This document shows positions 45,937-56,900 of a DNA stretch of 64,000 nt, one piece after another. A model generated the notes under the pieces. The model saw nothing but the letters and a program-made list of their open reading frames with translations. It had not been told where the DNA came from and made no database searches. A program made the position numbers and the translations under genes. Position 1 is the first letter of the stretch. Every line of letters starts with the position of its first letter. The DNA lies in the IMG/VR virus record IMGVR_UViG_3300008629_000003, positions 1 to 64,000 of that record. One strand, written 5' to 3'. This stretch comes from a virus.

Positions 45937-48900
45937 CTACCCCCGAAACCAAAACGTCCCCACACGGCGCAGCGGGCGGGCCTCCCGAGTGGGACGCGCC
46001 GGTGCAGCTTTTACGAATACAAGGCGCCGCCCCTTGGCCATTTTCTTGGCCCCCTCCACAAACATCCCGGGCGCGGTCGCCTTCAACACCTTGAGTTGCC
46101 TGTGCAGGCCGTTCCAATGGTGATGCTCAAACGGGCTGTCACCATATCGATAGGTGTGGATCTTGAAATCGCCGACGCGGTTTGACCGACCAAGCCGGCC
46201 GTGCGCTTGTAGCATTTGCGCGGCGTCGTCGGGATTGCCCAAGACGTGAAGGTGGTCTCCTTCCGCCAAGTTGTGGCCGCTGGCGCTTGTTCGGTCGATC
46301 AAGAGATAGCCGCCCTTTGTCCCTTTCCACGCGCGCTTACGCTCCTCGATAGCAGCGACCGGCTTTCCATCTCGCTTGACCGTTGCACCCTTCGCGCTCT
46401 GGGTGATGTTTCGCACGTTCGCGCGGTCCACACCCATCCCGTGAAGCATAGCCGTAACCGACCGACGCTGATCTGCGCTGTCCACAAAAATGACGTGTCG
46501 TTCGTCTTTCTTCGCGCCCTGTATCTTTTTTTGCAGGGTGGAAAGCTTTGGATTGTGGCTCACATCGCCACCCCCTAGATTTGCCCGATGCTCTTTTTCC
46601 ATTTGAGCCATCGCCTTCTCTGTTGCTTTCTTGCGTAGAGCTCCAAAGGAGGTCTCGGCATACCCCCGCACGCCTGCACGCTTCTTGTCGTAAAACTGAT
46701 CGATCGTTGCTTGAACGTGCGCCCCGACGCGCGCCTCGATCCGTTTCTGCGCCCGTAGCTGCGGTTTCGACATTTTGACCGGGTTGTCCGTGTGCTCGAT
46801 GTTGTAGTGCGGCGCGACCTGTCGATCTGCGGACATGTGCGGCTTTAGCTCGTCGTACATCATTCGTTGGATCGCGGCGTCCTGTGCGTTCGTTCCGCCA
46901 CCAAACCCACTGAACGCCCGTTCGAACCGCGTTCGATAGCCAAGAACGCCCGGGCGAGCCCAGTTGACAATATCGTAAGCCTCAACCGGGTGCTCGGTCG
47001 CCGGCGTGGCGGTCAAGGCGTGGCGGTTCTTTGCTGGGATTTTAAAAATCCGTTTCGCACCCGCTGACATTTTGCCGCTTCCGCTTTTGCTGCGAAGCTC
47101 TTGCGGCTCGTCAATCCCTACGCTGTCCCACTCGTGAGCCTCCGCTAGGGCTGCGTGGTCGTACCTGCCGGCGTGCGTGTGGCCTACGATCACAGTTGAC
47201 CCCTCTGGGGCTGCCGCTAAAATGGCGTGCCTTTCTGCTTTGGTGCTTTTCGCAGGCAAAACGACGACCGGGATATTGGTAAACGATTCGATCTCTGCTT
47301 TCCATTGTGCTTGACGTCCATCTGGGACGATCCGTAAATGGCGGCCTTTCGGGTTGTCTTTCAGCATTTTGCCCGCGACGCCGACCGACACCAGCGTTTT
47401 CCCACCGCCCGTCCTCATGGTCAACAGGCCACCGCCCGAGCCATGTAGCCACTCGGTGTTGTTGCGCTGGTCGGCCATCAGGCTGATCTTTTTCCCGGCC
47501 ATGTGCTTGAGGTCACTTGGCAACATTGAAGCGTCTGGGAACGTGTCTCGAAACCCGTGGACCTTGTAGTCGTGGACCCACTCTCGCCCCTCCGCGTCTT
47601 TGGCGATCCCGTCTGTGTTTCGCTTTACCGAGTCCCATTTTGCGTTATCCGCTCGGTCGGCCTCTGTGCGCGTCACGAACTTTCGGAGCGCTTGACTGTC
47701 GGTGTGAATCTCGTGCATTCCCGTTTGCAGATTATACCGGACTTTCTTCTTAAATCGGCCAAGCCGCGCCAACTTATCCTCTAGGGCTATCTTCGACGCG
47801 ACCTTGATCACCACCGGGTGATGCTTTCGCCAACCCTCGCCCAAGGCCATCTCACCAAAGTGATACATCGACGCGGACACCTGCATACTCCCGAGCGCAC
47901 CCCCAAGGTTTTCGCGCTGCTCCATGAGGTTGCGCGCTCGGAGCATTTCGATCGTTATTTCGGATTGTAGGTCGCCCTTCTCGACCTGCCTTTCTAGATC
48001 GTCCGCTTGGTTTTGTAGCTCTGCGTGGCGGGCTAGGGCTTTCTTCTCGGTGTCGCGCTGGCCTTTTACGTTGTCGCTTCCCAGCTTCGACACCCATTGC
48101 GCGAAATCACGATCGGACATCTCGCTGCGCATCCGTTGTACCACCGCCACAGATGCGGCCTCGGGGCCTAGCGCGTCGATCAGCTTTTTGACATCGTATC
48201 GGACGGCCAACTCGTCGCCGATCAAGCCCGCGATCGCCGTGGACGCTCCATTGGTGACCGCGCCGTTCAGCTTGTTGCCGATGTGCTCGTTCCAATGTGG
48301 CATGATCGCTTGGTAAAACGCACCATCTGACCCCGCGGACATCGCTTGCTCTCGAAAGTCGATCGCGAAATTTTCGAGCTCTTCGTCGGTTAGGGACCGC
48401 GCCTCGATTTTGAGAGCCTCAAGCGCTGTCGGTGAGGCGTTCTCAGCTTCGGGCAACGCTTCCAAGGTTGCGGCGATTTCCTTTGAGTCCCGGCGAGCTA
48501 CAACGAGCTCCCGAAACCTCTCGACGGCCTCTTCTGCGGCCTCGTGCGACATGATCGGGCGCGTCTCGGGCTCGGGCTCGGCGTCCTCTCCAGCGTCATC
48601 CTCGGCGGCACCATCCTGAATCGGGCCATCTTCGCCGCCGATCGTTATCATCGGCGGCGAAGATGTATCTCCCGGGTCTCCCTCCTGATCCTCGGGTGCG
48701 CCATCGGGCGCGTGCTCCTTGGCCCAGGAGGCCGGGTCGGCGTCGGGGTCGCTTTCGCTTTCGACTTCGTCTTCAGTGCTTCCCACTGTATCAGGACCGC
48801 CGGTTGTTGTCGGCGTGGTTTCTACTTCCGCCTCTGCGGGGACAAAAGGGGCGCCGTCGTCTGGTACGTCGTTCTCCTCAAACCGACTGTCCTCTCGGGC

Positions 48901-49758
48901 TTCTTGGTCGGCCTTGGCCTCTTGGTCGTCGAGCCAATTTTGGATCTCATTCTCTTGTTCGGCGGGCGCCATTTCCGACAAGCCGGGGATGTCGTTCTCG
49001 TCGGGGAGCCGAACTTGGAACGGCGCAACTTCTGGGCCGGCTTCCGCGTGCGCCTGCTCTGGGGTGAGACCTAAGTTGAGCAACTTTGCGCGATCAAACG
49101 CCGCCGCCACTTTCTTTTTCTTTCTTTCGCGCTCTTTCCGAGCAATACCCCGGGCAATGTTGCGGCCGTACTGCTTCGCCTGTTTTTCGTCCATACCCAT
49201 CGCCTCACCATGAGCGACGGCCGTGTTTTGAACGATTTGCCTATCTTCTTGGGATAGCCCCCGCTTTTTGATGCCCACCGCCTCCATAAAGCGGTTTTCG
49301 GCATCTTTTCGGATCTTCCGCTCCTTCCGGCGCTTTTCTTTGAGCGCGGCCTTCTTGGGCGCGTTGCGCTTTTCGACTTCTTTTCGCTCGGCCAACGCGG
49401 CCTCGTCCACTTCGCTGGCCTTGACGCGACCGGTATTCATCACCATATGACGCCGGCCTTGGATGTGCTTGGCCCCACTTCCCCCCGTCAATGCAAACGA
49501 ATGGTCGGGCCGTTTTGTGATCTTAATCGGCCGCCCATGCAGCGGGCTGGTCTCTTTTGTCACCGTGACCCAAATGGTGGCACCAATCGGGACCGAATCA
49601 TAATCGACCGATCCGTCTTTCATCGGTGTGCTGATCGTGGCTTTCGATAGAGATCGACTCAATCGGGACCGCGGCCGACTCTTTTTCAGTACCACAACGC
49701 TCGGGGTCCACGGTCGCGTGTGACGCTCTAGCCAGGGCTGGCTCAGTGTGATGTTCAT
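45937..49758 (-). CDS. large multidomain protein with C-terminal SNF2/SF2 helicase
   Basis: RTGGGKT, DEPQ, TATP, SGHNL, QAHGRLGR. Confidence 0.85.
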   Translation of the reverse strand: MNITLSQPWLERHTRPWTPSVVVLKKSRPRSRLSRSLSKATISTPMKDGSVDYDSVPIGATIWVTVTKETSPLHGRPIKITKRPDHSFALTGGSGAKHIQGRRHMVMNTGRVKASEVDEAALAERKEVEKRNAPKKAALKEKRRKERKIRKDAENRFMEAVGIKKRGLSQEDRQIVQNTAVAHGEAMGMDEKQAKQYGRNIARGIARKERERKKKKVAAAFDRAKLLNLGLTPEQAHAEAGPEVAPFQVRLPDENDIPGLSEMAPAEQENEIQNWLDDQEAKADQEAREDSRFEENDVPDDGAPFVPAEAEVETTPTTTGGPDTVGSTEDEVESESDPDADPASWAKEHAPDGAPEDQEGDPGDTSSPPMITIGGEDGPIQDGAAEDDAGEDAEPEPETRPIMSHEAAEEAVERFRELVVARRDSKEIAATLEALPEAENASPTALEALKIEARSLTDEELENFAIDFREQAMSAGSDGAFYQAIMPHWNEHIGNKLNGAVTNGASTAIAGLIGDELAVRYDVKKLIDALGPEAASVAVVQRMRSEMSDRDFAQWVSKLGSDNVKGQRDTEKKALARHAELQNQADDLERQVEKGDLQSEITIEMLRARNLMEQRENLGGALGSMQVSASMYHFGEMALGEGWRKHHPVVIKVASKIALEDKLARLGRFKKKVRYNLQTGMHEIHTDSQALRKFVTRTEADRADNAKWDSVKRNTDGIAKDAEGREWVHDYKVHGFRDTFPDASMLPSDLKHMAGKKISLMADQRNNTEWLHGSGGGLLTMRTGGGKTLVSVGVAGKMLKDNPKGRHLRIVPDGRQAQWKAEIESFTNIPVVVLPAKSTKAERHAILAAAPEGSTVIVGHTHAGRYDHAALAEAHEWDSVGIDEPQELRSKSGSGKMSAGAKRIFKIPAKNRHALTATPATEHPVEAYDIVNWARPGVLGYRTRFERAFSGFGGGTNAQDAAIQRMMYDELKPHMSADRQVAPHYNIEHTDNPVKMSKPQLRAQKRIEARVGAHVQATIDQFYDKKRAGVRGYAETSFGALRKKATEKAMAQMEKEHRANLGGGDVSHNPKLSTLQKKIQGAKKDERHVIFVDSADQRRSVTAMLHGMGVDRANVRNITQSAKGATVKRDGKPVAAIEERKRAWKGTKGGYLLIDRTSASGHNLAEGDHLHVLGNPDDAAQMLQAHGRLGRSNRVGDFKIHTYRYGDSPFEHHHWNGLHRQLKVLKATAPGMFVEGAKKMAKGRRLVFVKAAPARPTREARPLRRVGTFWFRG

Positions 49759-50132
49759 AGTTTAAACGTCCCAGGGTACCGGGTGACGGGGGCAGCATAG
49801 GACCGAAAGACTCCGCGGTCGGGAACCTTGCCCTCTCGGAATTGTGCCACAAGTTGAGGCGCTAGAGCTCGGGCCGCTTTCATCGTTGGGCAAATGATAT
49901 GGTAGGGGAGCGCGTGGTTCGGTGTTTCAACCGACAAAACGCCGACACCCGCCGCGGACTTCACGAACCGAAACATCAACCCGTCAACGCGGAACGAACG
50001 CCCACCCTGCGACGCTCCGGCCCCGCCCGTTGGAGACCAAACCGTCTCCACCGCTTTGGCGAGCTTGGCCAAGCCGATGCGGCGTCGAATGGTCAGCCTT
50101 ACCGGAATCCCGTATCCATCAACTAGCTTCAT
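49755..50132 (-). CDS. hypothetical protein
   Basis: ATGA overlaps on both sides. Confidence 0.7.
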   Translation of the reverse strand: MKLVDGYGIPVRLTIRRRIGLAKLAKAVETVWSPTGGAGASQGGRSFRVDGLMFRFVKSAAGVGVLSVETPNHALPYHIICPTMKAARALAPQLVAQFREGKVPDRGVFRSYAAPVTRYPGTFKL

Positions 50133-53100
50133 TTTTTGCCTCGTTTAAACGGGTTGTGCTTTTTGAGCTTTTCCAGGTATTTGGCGAACGCGCTCTCCTC
50201 TTTGGACAATACCCCGCGCGCCTTTTCCATAGTCTTGCTCCCTGATATCGTGAGACCTTGCCGGTAAGCTTCCACCACGGTGGGGTCGATGTAATTGTCG
50301 AGCGCGGTCTTTACTATGTGGCCCCATTCCGTCTTAACTTTCGGGCCATCTTTGGCCGCTACGACCTTGTGGTCGGTGTCTCCCAGAGCCTTCTGGTACG
50401 CCTTGCGCTCCTTTGCCGAGTGAAACCCCACGTGGCCGCCCGCGTAGACCTTGCCCCCGTGCTTCTTTGCCATTGCTCGATCTGGCTCTGCGTGCTTGAC
50501 GAAGTGCTTCCGCGTTTTCCCTTTTTTGTGCCCTAGCGCTTTCGCTGCTGCCATTGCGGCCTTCTCGATCTTGACCTCTGCGTCTTTGGCGCTTGTTGGC
50601 GGTCCAAGCTTGTCGGCTGCTTGCGCGAACAAATTCGACGCATGGAACGTCCGAAAGTCTTTGACTGTGCCGCCGTTGGTGTGAGCTCGGACATAATTTC
50701 GAAGAACCGCCGCGCTAACCGGCGCGGATGTGCCGTTCGCCCGAACATATTGGAACAGGTTTTTAGACGCGCCTGGCTGCTTTAGAAGGTGCGCCACGAT
50801 CCGCGCCACCTTTGGGTCTTTCATCGTTTTAACCTGCGGCACGCCTGCCTTGCCGGCGTATCGCATGGTCACCGTGTCACCATTGACCCGCACATGCGAG
50901 GATTTTAGGGTCGTCACCCCATACGATCCCTTGGCGGCGCTCGACGTGTTTCCCGCGCGAATTAGGGTCGCATCAACCAGCGCCACCATCGCCGCCGAAA
51001 CGGCATCTCTCGACGTTGGCGCTAGGTCTAGGTGGTCCTGTATGATGCCCCTCGCGTGCCCGAGACCCGTGGTGAAACGGGCCATTTTACGGAACTTTTC
51101 CTCCGCATTTTTTACTAGGTACGCATTCCGATAGCTGTTGACCTTTTTCCCCTGGGCGTTGCGCCAACTCATAGAGCTGTTCTCTTCCGGCTTAGAGATC
51201 GTGACCTTTGTTCCGAGGGGTGGATACTTGCTGTGCTCTGGAAATCGCTTTTGCAGATCGGCAAGGTACTTCTTGTCGGCGCTCTTTTTCTTCGCGGCGC
51301 GACGCTCGGCCGGCGTCGCCTCTTTTTCACCGGTGGCGGCTTTTCGCGCCGCGACGGCCGGGTGGCTGTCTTGGTGCTTCGCGTAGTGCCCATGGTCGAC
51401 CTGCTCTTGCTGGCCGGTTTTTTTGTCGATGACCGTGACGCCCTTTTCGCCGGAGCTCATGGTCACGCCGCGGCGCACCTTACCAGATTTGGAGCGGTAC
51501 TTTACGACTTCGCCCTTTGGTTTTCTCGGCTCTTTTTTTTTTTCAGTCTTGGGCGGGCGCGCTTGTGCTTGTGGGTCTTGCCCCGTCTTTTGCCACCGAC
51601 GGACGCCCGGGTTTTTCTTTGATGCGACAAGCTGTTGGCCCTGGTGCTTACCTGCGCCGGCCTGGGCCGGGTCCACCTTGGGCTGACCGTTGCCGACGGC
51701 CTTTCTCATTACAAGCCGGAGCCCAAACCGGATCCGCGCTTTGTTGAGCTCTTCCCAAGCATCGTGTTTAGCCCACGCGCGAGACTCCGCGGCCGTTTGC
51801 CTTTTTTCGCCGCGCCTGTAATCTGCCTCCTTCACTTCTTGGCGCATCTTTTTGTAATGTTTGGTTTCCAGTGCTTTGAGGCGCTTCTTTTCAGCGGGAC
51901 TCAACACGCGCTCGGTTTTCACGCGGGTGATGACGGTTTGCTTGTCGCCTCGCCATTCGTCGTGTTTCTTGATCGTGCCGTGCAGCTTGTACGAATGGCC
52001 GACTTTGAACGGCGCTCGGCCTTTGGGTGCGTTTTCATATGGCTGGGCGGACGGAGCGTGATCGTAGGTGGGCGAGCTTGAGAAGTATTTTAACGTTTGC
52101 CCGCTTTTCGTCTTGAAGGTCAACAGGGTGGTCGTGCCATATTGCCCGTGGATGTCGCGCGTTGACACCAGCGTCGCCTGTTGTGCCGGTGTGGGCGGCT
52201 TGACCCCTTTCTTGCGCTGTGCCTGGGTCATTGCCAACTCCCCAAACTTTTCGCCGGGCTTCCCTATGTGCTTTTGCGGTGGCGGGGCCTTCTTTGCGGG
52301 CGCGGCTTTTTCTGTTGCCTTCTTTTCGGCCTCTCTCTTTAGGTGGTTGTCGTACGCGTTAACCGCTGACACCGCCACGCCCATGTGGTTCTCGGGCACG
52401 CCCGTGTTGCCTGCTCCATGGTTTTCGCCCAAGGCGCGTAATTTTTGATAGTACCCAGAACGGCTATATGCCGGGATCTTTTTCATCCACGCGATCACCT
52501 TTTTGGCTTTCTCGGCGGCTTTCTTGTCTGTTCGGGCCGATGACCATACTCCGACGCTCTGCTGGCTTTTCAGGAAACTACTTGTGCTCTTGACTTCCGA
52601 TCCCGGCCGGGAATTCGCATCCGCGCGGGCGGCCGACATATACCCATCGTGCGGGTTTCCTGGGTGGTCCAACCAGTGAGCCGTCGCCTGTATGATTGCA
52701 GGAAGGGCAACCTCTAGTTTCCCGCGCGGCTCCTTCGCGTAACTGTCAAACTCTTTTGTGTCCCAACTGGATAACCACTCCGCAGCCGTCGCGGCGGTTT
52801 TGGGGTCTTGACCGAAAAAATCACCTAGACACGTTCGGCCGACTTGGACGTGCTTGTTGTGGTCATCCTTTAGGACGTGCAGCTTGGACCGTTGGCGGTT
52901 TTTTCCGCAAAAATCACAATGTGAGCCCGACTTGTGAAATTGGTGCGGCACTTTTTGGCCGCGGTGGTGGTTGACCATGTTTCGCTTCGCGCCGGGCTCA
53001 AAGCTTCCCACGTAAGCCCAGCCGTGGGACTTCATTTCCGGCCCGGTGATTTTGACCGCCACGACCGGCACCTTTTGTCGCACCTGTTTCGTGTCGCGTT

Positions 53101-53950
53101 CGCCCATCATGGAGTAGCTACCCTCCACGGGTTCCCCGGGATGCTCCCACGGCACCGTCCGCAACATCGTGGCCATTTTCTTGCCCAAGATTTCCATATG
53201 CGGCGGCTGTAGTCCTAGCTTGATCGCTCGCTTTTGCATTCGAGCAAATTTCTTTTTAACCGTCGCTAAGTTTTCTTGTGGAATAGCGTGCAGGCTAGAG
53301 CGCGGCCCTTCATTAGCCGCCTGGATCGCCTTCTCTTTGGCGTCTTTTAACTTCCCGTGGCCAACGCTGACCCACTCCACATGATCGTCGTCGAAGACGT
53401 GGCCGACCTTCCACTTCTTCCCGGCCTTCTCAATGACCGTCGTGTTGTCGCCGACGGTGACTAGGTAGCCCCCTTTGCCGTCGCGCTTCGTTTTCGACTT
53501 GATCGGCGCCGGCTCCTCTACATCACCCTCAGTGTACCGCTGCCTAGCCTGGGCACGCTGGGCCTTAATCTTGGCCCAGACGTCGTCTTCCTTTTTCTCG
53601 GGCGCTGTCTTTTTGGCCGGTGCCTTTTTCTTCGCCGCGGCTTTCTTCTTCGCCGCGGCTTTCTTCTTTACCGGTGCTTTCTTCTTCGCCGGCGTGGCGG
53701 CTTTGGGCTCGTCGTCGAAAATCTCGGGAAACAGAATCCGAAAAGGATCCATCTCTTCCGGCTTCTCGGCCGGCTTCTCGGCCGGCTTCTTCTTGGGCTT
53801 CTTCTTGGCGGCTGGCTTGACCTTGTCTGGATACTCGTAGCGCCATTTTCCGCTCGGGAGCTTTTTCTTCCACCCGCCTTTGTTGCCGCGGGTGACGCGT
53901 TGCCAGCCAACGCCCGGGGGCTTTGCCGATTTCAGGAGAATGATCTTCAT
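50129..53950 (-). CDS. large multidomain protein with C-terminal DNA topoisomerase IB domain
   Basis: start MKIILLKS by ATGA overlap; IRAG, YGVTTL, GKAG, KDFRT, GH, NYIDP catalytic motifs; PAKKK repeats; CDFC..C zinc module. Confidence 0.85.
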   Translation of the reverse strand: MKIILLKSAKPPGVGWQRVTRGNKGGWKKKLPSGKWRYEYPDKVKPAAKKKPKKKPAEKPAEKPEEMDPFRILFPEIFDDEPKAATPAKKKAPVKKKAAAKKKAAAKKKAPAKKTAPEKKEDDVWAKIKAQRAQARQRYTEGDVEEPAPIKSKTKRDGKGGYLVTVGDNTTVIEKAGKKWKVGHVFDDDHVEWVSVGHGKLKDAKEKAIQAANEGPRSSLHAIPQENLATVKKKFARMQKRAIKLGLQPPHMEILGKKMATMLRTVPWEHPGEPVEGSYSMMGERDTKQVRQKVPVVAVKITGPEMKSHGWAYVGSFEPGAKRNMVNHHRGQKVPHQFHKSGSHCDFCGKNRQRSKLHVLKDDHNKHVQVGRTCLGDFFGQDPKTAATAAEWLSSWDTKEFDSYAKEPRGKLEVALPAIIQATAHWLDHPGNPHDGYMSAARADANSRPGSEVKSTSSFLKSQQSVGVWSSARTDKKAAEKAKKVIAWMKKIPAYSRSGYYQKLRALGENHGAGNTGVPENHMGVAVSAVNAYDNHLKREAEKKATEKAAPAKKAPPPQKHIGKPGEKFGELAMTQAQRKKGVKPPTPAQQATLVSTRDIHGQYGTTTLLTFKTKSGQTLKYFSSSPTYDHAPSAQPYENAPKGRAPFKVGHSYKLHGTIKKHDEWRGDKQTVITRVKTERVLSPAEKKRLKALETKHYKKMRQEVKEADYRRGEKRQTAAESRAWAKHDAWEELNKARIRFGLRLVMRKAVGNGQPKVDPAQAGAGKHQGQQLVASKKNPGVRRWQKTGQDPQAQARPPKTEKKKEPRKPKGEVVKYRSKSGKVRRGVTMSSGEKGVTVIDKKTGQQEQVDHGHYAKHQDSHPAVAARKAATGEKEATPAERRAAKKKSADKKYLADLQKRFPEHSKYPPLGTKVTISKPEENSSMSWRNAQGKKVNSYRNAYLVKNAEEKFRKMARFTTGLGHARGIIQDHLDLAPTSRDAVSAAMVALVDATLIRAGNTSSAAKGSYGVTTLKSSHVRVNGDTVTMRYAGKAGVPQVKTMKDPKVARIVAHLLKQPGASKNLFQYVRANGTSAPVSAAVLRNYVRAHTNGGTVKDFRTFHASNLFAQAADKLGPPTSAKDAEVKIEKAAMAAAKALGHKKGKTRKHFVKHAEPDRAMAKKHGGKVYAGGHVGFHSAKERKAYQKALGDTDHKVVAAKDGPKVKTEWGHIVKTALDNYIDPTVVEAYRQGLTISGSKTMEKARGVLSKEESAFAKYLEKLKKHNPFKRGKK

Positions 53951-56900
53951 GCTTCGTCCCCAATGTGGACATAGTGTCCATGTTCGACCCGGTGGAGCTC
54001 TCCGGTCTTGTGGTCCATAACCGACACGCCGTCCAATCCTGACGCGTGCAGGTCGCCCGTACAGGGCTCTCCGGTCTTGGGGTGGCGGTACCTCACCCCC
54101 TTGCCCTTGGAACCCCCTGGGGTGCCGCGGTGCGCCTTGCGCAGCATGACACGGGCTTTCTGTAGACTGCTTGGGCCAAGCTTTTTGTTTTTCGCCAGGT
54201 ATTTCAACACCGCGGCGCGATCGCTCCACTTGGCTTTGGGCAGGTGAATCTGAAAGAAACTTGCCCCCGAGTCTTTGTCCACCGCCGAAACAAACCACTT
54301 GTCGGGCTTGTCCACAACGTACGCGTGGATCTCTCCGTCGGCAAACGTCCCCAACAACTCCATGCCGGCCACATTTGGCACGTTGGGCGCTGGCGGGTGG
54401 GCGGACATAGGCCCGTGGTACTGCGGCGTTACTTTTGGCTTGGCGTGCCCGCTCGTTTCCTTCCACGGCCTCGTATGCTCCGCGTCGGCCCATTTACCCC
54501 CGCGGGGTCCGAGGAAGGGTCCAGCGCTGGCCTTACGCAGCATGACACGGGCTTTCCGTAAACCGTGCTCATACTCGTAATCTTCGCGGGCATCTTTTGC
54601 GTCTCGGTATGCGTTGACGTTCGCTAGTAGCGATTTCCTGCTAAACGCGACGACCTCAGACGCTTTTGAGGTAGCAGCGCCCGGGTTCTTTACGATGATC
54701 CCGTCGTGCCCCTGACTTATCAGCTTGCGAACGTCGGCGTGCGTTAGGTCTTTTGGGCTGATTTCTCCCTTGTTTTCTACTACCTTGGGGTTGCTTAGGG
54801 CTACGTGGGTTTTGTGTAGGTTGGGTCCGTATCGGTTGGCATATTTCCGGCGTGGAGACAGGTAAATGCCGGCCTCGGACCCAGCGTCCGCTCCGTGAAT
54901 AGTTCGACCGTGGTTCGCCTGATAGACCGTCAACGGCCCGCCGTCTTGACCCGTTAAAGGGATCGGCGGTCCATGTTGTTTATAGACGCTCGACAAGTCG
55001 TGATCGGCGGCGGGGTGTGACGCAGCGGCGGTGGATTCCTTCCACGGCCTTGTGTGCTCCGCGTCGGCCCACTTACCACCGCGGGGTCCGAGGAAGGGTC
55101 CAGCGCTGGCCTTACGCAGCACAAACCGAGCGCGGCGCCCCTTGGTCCGCATTCGCTTGTCGAGCTCTGCGTCTAGAGCGGTCTGGAGTAGGCTGTGCGC
55201 TTTTCTCATGTTGCCACCGCCCACGGCCTTGACCCTCACTTCGTACGTCCCGTCTTTTCGCCGCTTGACCTTTTCCACCTGAATTTTTCCGCCGACCACC
55301 ACCTCATGCTCGGCGTGGAACGTGGACAGCCCGCTAATGTCCGTCCCTCGTTTTGTCTTCATGGTCAGGATAACCGGGTGACGTTTTGTCGGTTTGGTGT
55401 GGCCCTCGTCCTTTTGCTCGGTTGCTGCGAAGGTTTCGGCGGCGGATCTCTGCTTAGACCAACTCGACATCTCGCGCAAGTCTATCTCTGCCCCTTTGGC
55501 TAGGCCCTTTATTGCCCCGGGTGGTAAGCGCACGCCGCGGTGGAGCTCTACGGCGTAATCACCCTCCACCTTGGCCAGCGTCTTGAGCACTTTGTAAGCT
55601 TGCTGGTGTAATTGCTTCGTGCTTTCGGCTTTCCATTGAAGGGTCTGGACTGGCTTTGCAAGCTTTTTTTGCCATTGCTTCGGGTCGCGCACGGACTTCA
55701 CATTGCCGGCCGTCCATAGCGTTAGCGCATCGAGCAAGGCCGCGTGCGTAGCAGGCAACGCGGCGCGGTGCCATTGAAATTTGAGCGCCTCTTCGCCGCC
55801 GTGGTACCTCGCGAGGCTAAACAGCTTCCACACGGTGTCGGGGTCTTTTCCTGACTTGCGCGCGGCCTCTTTGACCGATTTTCTTCCTGCGGCAACACAG
55901 TCGTCAAATGTCGCGCCCCCGGCGTTCTGCGCTCTCTTAAACGCCATCCGATAATGGAGACTCAACCCATGAAAATCATATCCAACATGCTTGAGGGCTT
56001 GTTTTGCTTCCTCGTTGGGAACGTGCGACATATTCGAAACAGGGTGATATTTCTTTTCCTCTTCAAGCTCGAAATAGGCTGCCTCTAGTCCTTTGGTGGT
56101 CCAGTTTACGGCGCCCCCCGGGGGCATGGTTCGCACCCGAATCTCTTGGTCTGGATACCAGACCTGCGTGTGCGTGCTCCACTTGCCCTGGAAGACTCGA
56201 CTATAGCCAAGCCCATCACCTAACGGCTTCCATTCGCTTGCGGCTCCCGTGCGTTGGGCTTCATCGGCCGGGGGTCGGGCAAGGTCGGCGGCTTCTTTTA
56301 GGTCCGACGCGCGGACTTTTTCGTGGTGAGCTTTATACTTTTCGAGGAATTCGGCCTCTGTCAGCTTGAGCTTTTCCCGGTATGGCTTGAGAAATCCATG
56401 GTCCTGCGCGTCTTTGTAGTGTCGCCACAACCCGACGGACATACTGTCCAGACCATTCCCTTCGTAATCGTGGTAGGCGTCTTGTATCCATTCGTTTAGC
56501 GCTGCCTCGTGGGCGGCTGGGCCGGCTTCTAGCGCGGCCTGGCGCTTTGCTTCCGTCTGCTTGTCGCGCGCAGTCTTCCACGCGCCACGCATCGCCTTTA
56601 GGATGTCACTCCGCGCCACCCCCTTGATCTCCTTTCCGATGACAGGCAAAAGATCGGCAATCTTGCCACCCCGCAGGAGCAACATTTGCGTTTTGCCCTC
56701 GTTCAAATCTGGCACCAACTTTTCCATTTCGGGCCATTTCTTTACTAAGAACATCTCAAGGCGTCGGCGGGCCTCTACGTCTTCTTTGTGGTGGTGGTGG
56801 TGGCTTTTGTAATAGGCGAGCGCATGTTTCCAAGCCCCCGCGGCGTCGTCCCCCCATTCTTCGGGGAGGCTTGGCTTCATGTCGTCGAAACGCATGTGAA

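Noticed and set aside
53951-54493. 181-aa N-terminal extension of the 1454-aa ORF in the track
   Set aside because: It overlaps the ART gene in another frame; the ATGA-coupled start at 53950 (MKIILLKS) fits better
54457-55121. 86-bp repeat pair as a DGR template/variable repeat
   Set aside because: The differences are synonymous rather than diversifying, and no reverse transcriptase is visible
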